Of a DNA stretch of 64,000 nucleotides, positions 1 to 10,900 are shown piece after piece. The stretch covers positions 1 to 64,000 of the forward strand of contig NW_025765275.1 of NCBI RefSeq assembly GCF_003918875.1, read 5' to 3'. Numbering within the stretch: position 1 is the stretch's first letter; each line of letters begins with the position of its first letter. A program made the translations under genes and the position numbers. The stretch is from Haliotis rubra. Its lineage: Eukaryota. The notes beneath the pieces were generated by a model. The model did not search any database. It was not told the origin of the DNA and worked only from the letters and a program-made list of their open reading frames with translations.

Positions 1-1392
1 CGCCATTTTCATAGCCGCCTCAGTTTCCCTCAAAGCACTGGAAGAGAGAATTCGCTACCTGGTAAAGAAAGATGGAAATGGCTGCGAAAAACTCGCAGTA
101 CCACGACCCTATCAGGTAAGACCAAGTTATTTTGTTGTCAAATAACGTTTAATGAATTATTATTTACTTTACAGAAATCCGGATTGGTAAACAAGCTAAT
201 CTGTCGAATTACAGCCACTGGCCATAGGTATTCGTCACTATGCATTATTCGACTTACATGTTAATTTGGTGCAGCTAGACATATGTCTTGAATTTATTTC
301 ATATCCGTTTGATATTGTTCATATATTTTGCACATGGGTCATGAATCATCTTAGCTACAAAGACATAATTTCCGTTTTATTTTCAATTCAGTGCGTGTCA
401 TGGTTATGGCAATTTTTAACATGGCGGTCTATGGGGAAAGAATACGCAATGTTATATATATGTTATAAAATTATGTATCTGTGACCAAGATGATTTCCTA
501 ACAACCTGCAAAATTTGACAACCAAATATGGAAAACTGAATTAATGAAAATTACACAGCTACACTAAAATAGCATGCAAGTCTATGAGAATTTTGCCGAC
601 TGACGTAAAGTCCCATGACTGTATAAGCAGTTTTGCTCGAACTATTTTCAAACGATGGTGAAGTAAAATAAGTCTATCTAAAACTATACTACAATTTTGA
701 AAAATATAGCAAATAGATTATATATTAATGGATTTGTTTTATTCATTTAGGCTGTTGTGAGGAAACATGTGCCACGACTACTCCTGGAGGAAAAGATCAC
801 CTCTCTTACTGAAGGTATGTGTTTATGGTACTACGAAATATAGACATAATTTCACTTTGAATATTTTATTATTATGCTTCCCTAGATACATTTCACAAAA
901 TGAACCATACTAAAGTTACATTTGCAAATGGATTTGAATAACCGGTAACTTAATCATTGATTTCAAATTGGAACAAATAAATCTTAACTTCACACCTGTG
1001 TGAAATTGCAGTCAAACTGACCCCTTGGTTTTACAATACCGTAATTACTCCAAGGTTATGTCACATGAGATAACTCGACTCCATTTATCAGGATGTTTAT
1101 GTCAGGCCGTTCACTTACTGATTGCATAATCTAAAGTGATAAATCTGTAGTTTGCTTGTTGGTATAAATGTCGCTGCAAATTTAAAACTCGAATGAATGA
1201 ATGGGAAATGCAAAGAAAAAGTAACGTGTTATTGTTTAATTTTTTTTCAGCAAAGCTGATGATGAGTCTGGAGACTGTATAATGAATGACCAAGGATGGT
1301 CAGCAGGAACATGTGAAGGGTAATTTTGACCTATCTGTAGCGACTTTCATTATAAATAGTAAATAATTTCAAATTAATGGTGTAGAGACAAG

Positions 1393-1526
1393 GTTTATGG
1401 ATGTCAACTCCTTGATTATGTGAAAACATATTTTCAGGGTGAATGCTTACCCCTTCGTCAGGTGTAAGCATTCACTCCGAAACATTGTAAGTTTTCACAT
1501 AATAAAAGACGTTGACATCCGTAAAC
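1393..1526. repeat. Related palindrome, Penelope-type remnant with a hammerhead-like core on the minus strand
   Basis: Arms gtttatggatgtcaac and gttgacatccgtaaac. The minus strand reads ctgacga-aggggtaagcattcaccct-gaaa. Confidence 0.6.
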
Positions 1527-1602
1527 ATGTCATGTCTTGAAAGACTAGATGGTGTAAACATACAGTCACTACTGGGTGAATATACTTGTGCCTTCAACAA
1601 TA

Positions 1603-1686
1603 CGACTGACTGACTGAGTTTGGTTTTACGCCGCTTTTAGCAATATTCCAGCAACATCACGGCGGGGGACACCAGAAATGGGCTCA
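1603..1686 (-). mobile_element. 3' half of the short SINE
   Basis: gactgactgactgagtttggttttacgccgcttttagcaatattccagc, nearly identical to 41686-41763. Confidence 0.8.
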
Positions 1687-2080
1687 ATACGAACTGTAAG
1701 AGATTGAATATAGCAATTTGATGAAAATCTATTACTAGTACCATTATTACTATATAGAAAATGCAATAAATGTTCAGATATATATAACGTATTACTACCT
1801 CTGGTCTGGGAAGCATGTAACTCCAGAGCAAATTTTGTATAGATTGTGTGTCCTCTTTAGAAAATAAGATATTTCATTCAGTCAATGAAGTGTGATGAAT
1901 TGCATAATTTGAGTTTTGAGAAAACTAGTGCAAAGTGTGATTGTTCAATTCTCTTTTATTCAAACTTCCTTTTGGATTACTCATTTTAAATCATCCTTGA
2001 CATTTTCAGTTTCTTGTTGATTGATGTTTGTGTAATTTATCAAAATAACCTAGTAATTCGTTATTACCTGCCATTTTCAG

Positions 2081-2385
2081 AAACTTGCACAACGCCTAAA
2101 CAGACTTGCATCTATCGATTGGCCAGATAGACGAAAGAAAAGGTAGCGACAACACTCACCATAGACATGACATCACCAGTCGTGAGTGACGAAGATGACG
2201 TCAATTAGTTGCATTCCGTCTCCTTTGTCTGGGAGTCCAGCAAGCTTAGGGCATACACGACGACACTGAACTTGGAAAGAATCTACACCTCCACTGCTCT
2301 CGTCATGGCCAACGTGAGGACGAGGATGAGGCATCCAACCCACCGGAGGGATCTCCGCCCAGGGATGCCTTATTGGGCTAACTGA
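2081..2385 (+). pseudogene. Degenerate terminal exon of an uncharacterised, probably transposon-borne gene
   Basis: After acceptor ccattttcag it reads KLAQRLNRLASIDWPD, then a frameshift, then KVATTLTIDMTSPVVSDEDDVN*LHSVSFVWESSKLRAY...RPGMPYWAN*. It is a GC-richer island in AT-rich DNA, with further splice-bounded islands upstream at 1-115, 175-227 and 751-814. Confidence 0.45.
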
Positions 2386-2989
2386 CCAACTCTTGCAATA
2401 TAATTGAATTTATTTTCAATTTCATAATGTAATTTTTATTTTATTTTATTTTGTATTGTAAGCTGTATGTTGTGTTATTGTATGATGTATATCATAGTGG
2501 ATGTTTGGCGATAGTTGTGACATAGAGTGTGTGGCTGAATGCCAAGGCGTGCAAATAAATGTCCGATGCAGCTATGTTTTATTACTGTGTTAAGTTGTAT
2601 CTTAGTGTTATTTTTCACCATTAGCATGATTTTTGAAATAAATTTCATATCTAACATGCTATTTCAAGATAATAAGTGAATGAAAGTTTAACTGATGAAA
2701 AATTCCTACTTTGCTATAAATGATATATGATTTCTTAAACTGGATTGAGTTATGCCAAAATGTTTTGCTCTGTTTTTTAGTGCTATATTACTAGTTATAT
2801 GTATGATCTTTATTTGCCTTAAATGCTAATTCATATTCATGTTGAGAAAATAAAACAATGAATCTTATTATATATTCTGTTTTTCTTTAAGTAAATATCA
2901 TGACAATAACAAATTTCTTCTATTGTTTTTAACAAGAGTTTATGATATGAATAAAGAAGAATGGTTACATTTGGCTCTTTGAAGCGCAT

Positions 2990-3361
2990 ATGAAAACCTG
3001 TGAACCTGAAATTGAAACCAGTAACTGAAACTATGCTGAAACTATGTCGGATTGTTGGTAACTGAAACTATGCGGAAACTATGTCGGATTGTTGGTAACT
3101 GAAACTCTGCGGAAACCTGTTGGAGTCTTATTAATAACTGAAACCTTGCGGAAACCTGATGGATTCAAAGTTAACAACTGAAACTCAACGGAAACTTGTC
3201 GGAGTGTGGGTAACGGAAACCGTGCGGAAACCCTTAGAAAGTGGGTAATTGTAAGTTTCTGTTATTGCGGAAACTCAATGTAAAAGAACGGAAACTCACT
3301 GGATGCTAGGTGGAAACTTAAGTTTCAGTCCACTTTCCACCAAGTTATTTTTGCTTTGGAT
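2990..3361. repeat. Array of degenerate ~11-37 bp repeats (aactgaaac / gcggaaac), probable subterminal region of a nested DNA transposon
   Basis: More than 12 copies of a ggaaac/gaaact core, mostly direct, a few inverted (gtttc) near 3255 and 3322. The array ends at ttttttgctttggatg. Confidence 0.6.
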
Positions 3362-4948
3362 GTGTCTTTTAACAGTTTAATATACGAAAAAGTGATAAAT
3401 CCTTTCAGGTATTGGTGTATAGTCTCATTGGTCACCCAAGATAGCACACCTGGCAACTAATTGCATAATGTCCGCCTTTCTTTAAAAACAGTAATTTAGT
3501 TAGCCAATAATGGGCAATCAATAAATGTATTGCCGGTTAATCCTTTGAAAGAAGGACGTTGTTTTTACGCAGACACCGACACGACAGAGTGTATTCAGTA
3601 TAGATTAGTAAATCTACATACATAAACACTACCTTTTAACAATTCCGCTGTGTAAGATAAAAGTAATTAATCAATCAGCGTGTTATCGGTTAATCCTTTG
3701 ATCGATGTTTATAATGTTGAATATTTACTCCAGACACAAGAAATGCCAAATGGGAACCTTTGTCGGGTAATCTAAGTGTGTTACCACTAATTATACCTGT
3801 TATAAATTCATTAACTGACCATCAAGTGAATGATGACAAATAACATGTGTAGGTTTATACCACCTAACACGGGTTACAACGAAGGAGTATTAATTGCTGT
3901 ATTGCATGTGAAAACTTATGGGCCGACACTGTTTTGAGAATACAAACAGATGTTTACATGACATGATTAAATATCAAGGTAAAACAACACAGAAATGGGA
4001 TCAGTTTGGATCAGTCATTATACAAATAGGGCCTAACGACACCAATCGATTTTGACAGAATCGTCTATGAAAACAAGTTGTAACTCGGAAACTAGGCAAA
4101 GCAGGAGACAAAATTAAATGACAGTAGATTGTGAGAACATATAGCTTTCATTTTCCACAACAATTGTCACGATTTCAGGTTTATACAAGCCTGTAAACAC
4201 GATAATTTACCCCCTAAAATGTAGATGAATTCTGCATCGGCTCTCAAAGCTATTCCTCATATGACGTCACAGAGGCGCGCCGCTCTGATTGGTTAAAATT
4301 TCGTTCGCGGGTGAGAATTGTGCACTGTTGTCAAAAAGGTCGATTTAAGTCAATTAAAGGTCGAAATGAGTAGTTTTAATGACGGGGTTTCATTTATAAC
4401 GATGCCAGTTAGTGATTTATGTATTTGTACCCCCTAGGGTTTATGTGACCTTTAAACACTAGGGTACCCACCGCCCCACTCCCATGGAAGATCGTAAAGA
4501 TGAGTAAGAACATATAGATCGAAAAATGTCTTTTCAAAGATTTGTGCAGTGTCGGGGTTACAGCACTACAGCTTTGAGATTGGTTTGTACTAGACCTTAT
4601 TGGGATGTTTCTAATGTTCACCCTTCAGTCATAATTTCCCAAATGTCTTTTCTTCTTTTGCGGGAACACTTGACTTGCCTCCGACTGCCACCCGTGAGCA
4701 TCTGATATGATCCTTATGACACAGTGGAATCGGTGATTTGGTATTACGAAGATATGTTCCTGTCCCCAATCATATTGAGTACATTTCGTCACCCGAATTA
4801 GTTTATTTCTTATTTCAAGACCCAAAAAAACTGCAATTAAATTCCCATACATAATATCTCCCTGTTACTGGAATATTCTGGTCTGCCTGTGGTCATGCAC
4901 GAGCATATTACTGTATCTGACACTCACGAAACACTGACTTTTCTTCAG

Positions 4949-7900
4949 ATGGGATCCGTCCGCATCCATCCATGATGGTTTGGAAGGTTCCAGCCCTTTC
5001 TCAGTGTTTGACTCGAGTGGAAATGCTGTGGCATTTGGACAACTGAATAATGTCATGACGACACCAATGTGGCACGACAAAACCAACAACTTCCTGTACT
5101 ATGGAATTATGGGAGGAATCGAACAGATCCCGACAAATTTCTCCTACCACATTTTGGCAGCATATTCCTCGGCGGGACCTGAAAGTGTAAGTAGATATTC
5201 TACTTAGTGAACATCTCGTCGGCTCGTTTGAGGAATAAATGCTGTTTAAGGGGTTATTCATTCAGCGACTATATTTTGTCCATTTCTGAATTTCAAGTAG
5301 GTTCTAAGAAAAGGGTGTTTGAATCAAGTCGATAAACAAAATGGCTGCCGTACCTCGTTTTCATCCAAATACTAAAGACACCAAGCGTAACCCTTGCCAC
5401 ATGCACGAGTAAAGCACACACAAGGCACAACCAGACATAAGAGTCCACACACGTCGGTAGTCCTTGTGTCTTCAACAGGAGGTGAGGTGAAATTGGGTTT
5501 AACGTCGTGCTTGAGAATATTTCGCTCATATGACGACGTGCATGCGTGTGTATGTGTATGTGCGGCTGCTTGTAGTAGCCCAGACTGAAGCTGGTTTCAA
5601 AGTGCTAGCCCACTGAGATACCATGCCACAGTGAAGCATGAATACCCCACTCAGACACATTATACTGACTCCGAGCCGACCAGTCCTTGTTGTACCCATT
5701 AATGCCGAGCGCCATGCAGGGACCAACAAGTACCATATTTTAACGTCTTTTGGTATAAGGGGATCGAACCCGCGACCTTCCGCTATCCGGGCGGACGCTC
5801 TAACCACTACACCACGGAGGCGGTCGTCTTCAACAGGAACGGAAGGTTGCAGAACATGTGTCCATCGCGGGTTGACGAAGACGAATTCCGCGTACAAAGC
5901 ATCACACTACACCACAGACCTTGTTTTATGGAATGGATTCTTGACAGACACCAGGAACTGCTACTGTCCTAAAACGACATGTTTAAGCATATGATATTGT
6001 TGTTGATCAGCAGCAAGCCTGTTGCTCTCTGTTACCAGTAGTCACATTGTTAATGTTGTTTATGAGTAAACAGAGTTTCAGTGTTGTTGGTCGGTAGGCA
6101 TGTCGTTATTGTTGGTTTCAGTGCACATCGTGTCTTCGTCCTTACCAATAGGCACCGTGTTATGGACGCAGTTCTGTCGAACATATTAAAGACAACCATC
6201 TGCTCTGAATATCATCCTCTATATACATGGGAATATGTGTTAGTTTGTTACGATTAAGATCTACATTTTTAACTTATCCCAATGTGTTGGGATTTGAATT
6301 TGAGATGAAATATTTCAATATATTTTTATTGAAAGCACAGAAAAGCATCCCTTCCATACCAAAAACAACCTCAACATATAAAACATCCATATGGTAGGGT
6401 AATCAGTTATGTGGTACATAGTTTCATCAGTAGACTACCATCGGGTTCTGCTTGGACAATATGCCTGTTTATAACTCTGGGGCTGTGATACCGACTAAAT
6501 ATACATGTATACCCAGCACACTTTGAAACTGTCGACAAACCAATATTCGTTAGCAGAAACTAAAACTCTCTCTCTCGTAATAGATTATTGTGTGTTCCTG
6601 ACGTTAGATAATGTTTCCGTACAACTGTTTCAAACTGGTGATTTTATTTTCAACTTTTCAGAGTCTTTCTGTGTGGGGTTTCGTAATCAGGAGCTTTGTA
6701 TACAAGGAAGATAAACCGGCGGATCCCTCTGGGGACACACTGGGGTACTGGACAGATGAAGGTGACCTTAAACACTTTAATTAATGACTACTTCAAGTCA
6801 TTGCTGTTTGACAATGGTACAAGAATCCGTATAGACGCGTCTCACCCACGATATACAGCAGTTGTTATCCATAAAGTGTGTTAAATAGTGAGCTTTAATT
6901 AGGTCTTGGCTTTGAACGTTTTAGGACAGTTTCCGGGCAGATTTGTGTTTCTCCGCAAACGTGTCAGTTGTAATGTTTATTGTCTGAATAGAGTACGTGA
7001 GTATAGTTTTAGCAATATTTCGGCAATATAACGAGATATAGGCTTCACACATTGTACCCATGTGGGGAACCGCGGACGCTTTACCCTCCAGGCTACCTGT
7101 CTCAATAGGAGTCATCAAGCGATATCTAACGACTCAAAGGCAGAAGATAATAGTACTACCAACATATGTCACACTGAAATCCCCTTGTGTACAATGATAA
7201 CTTCCAGTCACCTAAATCGAGGGTTCGAATCCCACTTTGCACTTGGTATTTGTCTAGGTTTGGTAGCACCATACAAATGTTCTTTTGTTTTCGAAGAGTG
7301 GTGATGCTTCAGACCTGCATCCCTTCGGTGGGACCTTTTGCCTTCATGTGCCTACTGTTTCCATGTCAAGGCGTCAACGTCCAACTGTTTCCATGTCAAG
7401 GCGTCAACGTCAACGTCCTACTGTTTCCATGTCAAGGCGTCAACGTCCTATTGTTTCCATGTCATGGCGTCAACGTCCTACTGTTTCCATGTTAATGTTA
7501 CAGGGGCCTATTACTTCGTTGTCTGTTACAGGGTCCTACTATTTCGAGAAAACCGATGGAACATCAACGTTTGAAGATACATTGATCAAAGTGTTTGCTG
7601 ATGCCCGCAATAGAAGTATACCATACAGGTACCTGTATAGTTTTGGTACAATAGGACAACAATTGATAAGATGGCGTATTGCGTCGTTGAGGCAATGTAT
7701 TTATGTTTAGTTTACAGTATATACATCTTGATAACTGAAACATCTGGCCGACTGAGTCGCCTGAGGAGCAGATTTGTGTGACATTTATGTTCCTTCCGAT
7801 GACTGAATATTTCAGACCAAAATCATGAATAATGGTTCCAGTGAATAATGGTTCCAGTGCCGCGATATGTGATTAACGTGAACATATCCTGCAACTTAGC

Positions 7901-10900
7901 ATGTTACCCATACGCTGTGGTATATCTCTATTTGCACAACAGATAATCTTTATTCCTTGATCTTTTCGTTCGGAACATATATCCTCATTCCTGTTTCTCC
8001 TCTTTCGGTGCTTATCTTTCTTTCTTCCTAAATCTTCCGTATTCCTTGGTCTCGTTTTCTTCAAATGAGCTATTGTTATTCCTAATGCATGCACTCCTCG
8101 TATATACGTTTATTCCTGTTTCATATCTTCTGCAGGTATGTAGAACTGGACACCTGGTGGTTTACAAAAGGTCAAGGTGGAGGGGTCAAGGAGTGGACAG
8201 CACCAGCAGACATCTTCCCCAACGGCATCGAGTACGTCTACAATAATCTAACATTACTGGTGGTAAATCAGTTTCCATATGGCACATTGATATTAATGGT
8301 AACACTGTACTACCAAATATTTTTAGTGTTCATCAATACATAGGTAGCCCGACTGAACAAGATTCTATACGATTTACAACTTTGTACAGATTGTGTTCGG
8401 TTTTACACAAGTTCTGAAGGAGAAATTGAACGTAATGATAAATCCCAGCAACCCTCAACCCTTATGTAGCAAGTCATTCGCACACGCACGCACGCACGGG
8501 TGCGAAAAATAGAAAACAGAGTTTTTGGTGGAAGGGTAGTTGTCTTGACATATCCCGCTTTAAGACCTGACCTGCCCATTGAGAATAAGATGATGACATG
8601 GATTGTTTTGTTGTGGACTAGTCGGCCAACACCACCTTCAGAACGATCTGGGAAAACGGTAATACAGATATAATTTATGTTATGTTTGTTTTCAGGTATG
8701 TCCACAGGAGCTTGAACGTACCCATTGTGGCGAAAAATAATTTCTGGTGAGTTGTGAGAAGGGAGCTTCGCAGAATGAACTAAGTGAAAGCATTAACATA
8801 CTTGAGTCTTTGACGGCTCAGTAGGGAAATGATCGGGTTGTCTGTGTCTTTGTTGGGTGAGAGGCCCCTCCAGTTGTCCTGAAGGCAGTGGCTTCGCTAC
8901 ACTTCCGAGGACATTGTTTCGTGGTCTGTTGCGAAAAGCACTACGATGTCCAGAAGGACATTAATTATGTTACGTTGATTCCGTGAAACTGTGGCACTTT
9001 CAAAAGAACTCATTTCAATATTTATTTATTGCAGGTCCAGTGATAACATATATGCAACACAAAATGGCGGAAAGTTCAATTTTGAATTTGAAGGAGACAT
9101 GGCAATACCGACAGATGAGGCATTTACAAATATTATTGATTTATACATATAGTTTACATTGAGTGTGGAACGGTTATATTTCATCAAAGTAACTGGTCTT
9201 GTTTCATAATAATATGATATATTTATGTAATCATTTCTAATACTGAAATATGGAACCATGAAGATTTAGTATTTGAAATACGACAAGTGTATCACGATGT
9301 GTCTACAAACAATGTCAGTTAAAGGAAGTGATCTACTGATCCACTCAATTTTTAACCACTCTGACCCTGACTTTAAACCACTCACCAACGCCCTGTGGTG
9401 GTTGTAAGAGGCGACTAAAAAGATCCTTTGGTCAGACTAGGTTGTTTAGTAGATGGCCTGTCATCATACTGCGAAAGCGTGGATTGATTGAGAGAGCTTG
9501 ATTTTTACGCCGCGTTTTAAAGCTTGTCTCATGCTGAGTCTGCCTCAACAAACAATGGAACAATCTACCAATGAAGGAGCTGTGAAAATACTTTTCGATT
9601 CGGAGCCATGTGACGTCAGAGAATGATTTGTTTACTTCCAGGCCTTCTGGGACAAAATCTTCAGTGATTCCAAGCAGTGGGGATTAGCCACATATATACA
9701 AGTAGGATTTGCCACCATACGCTCTCAGTTATATTCTGCAATGAATTATTCATCGATATTTCTGGGAGAAGGCTTTCTTAGGACGTTTAACGCTGATGAC
9801 GTCACAAAACAATCAGACGTTTCAGACTAATAGCCATTGTAAAGAGGCGGTCGTGAAATGTTTTATGGTACATATTGAACAAAACAGGGTATTAGCAGAA
9901 TGTTAGTAGTAAGTGTATGTCACGGTGCTTATTGTTATACACGTTAAGTGAAAGTTCTATACGGAACAAGATATGCCGCATGCTTTATATTCACGCAATT
10001 TCTAAACAATGATGATAAAAAATCCTTCCTGACTGATACATATTAGTGCCTGTTGGCTCCAGTGATGTTTACATATACTTTACAATACCGCTGATTACGA
10101 AGTTTAATCCATGTGTATCAGTCAACAGAATATTGTCTTCTGCAGGACAACATGACTGAAATATTCCGTACTTTCCCACGGATGCAGACGGACCTTAACT
10201 TTGCGCGAGATTGGTTGGTTAAAATGGCGGCGTCTGCTTTGAGACACAACATCACCATCCAGTACTGTGGCGCCACCCCAACGATGGCGCTCCTGGCACT
10301 CCAGTTACCGGCTGTCACCAAGGTCAGAAACAGTCGTGGATGTTGATGTCGGTACATTTTAGCATATTCACAGTGACATAATACGCTTACTGTGCATCCA
10401 CTTTAGGACAAATTATGCATCCAGTCATAAGAAAGGTATGATCCAGTCTGATGTTTCCCCCGATACAATCCTCTGTCGCAACAGGACATATTTTGTCATA
10501 TGCCATGACGTATGAAACGACAATGAAACATCGACAACACTATAATTGGGCTATAATAGTTACATTCGGAACGCGTCGTTTTACTTCGTTTCGAGTTACA
10601 CAAATCAGATTTGCTGCTCCGAATGATTCTCACTCGTACCGAGAATATATGTCGGATATTAATACCTTTATCCAGGTGCGCGTCCTGGGAGGCTATGGCA
10701 CAGAATTGGACCAGAGGAATATTCTTGCTTCGTCCGTATTCTCCGCACTTTTAGATGTGTTGGTCTTCAAAGGTGTGCTCCGTACACAAGACCAGAAGGG
10801 AGGTGGGAACATTTTTTATGGTTGCTATTGTGGTTATGTTAGTTTACGTTTTTGTTGTTGATGATATAACCATTCCCGTTGTTATCGGCAGCGGCCATTA

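Larger units (their letters stand above)
1..4451. mobile_element. Large insertion in intron 3 of copy 1, ending at a TTAA site (Kolobok-like terminus), with nested elements
   Basis: Similarity to copies 2 and 3 starts abruptly at TTAA 4452-4455, in the middle of a SINE (empty site gaacgctttaaacactag at about 26184). The terminus reads atgtgacct|ttaa, i.e. ttaa|aggtcacat on the minus strand. The other end is not visible. Confidence 0.5.

Noticed and set aside
5750-5825. tRNA-like sequences here and at about 41780-41849
   Set aside because: They are SINE heads with body, tail and TSD, not tRNA genes.
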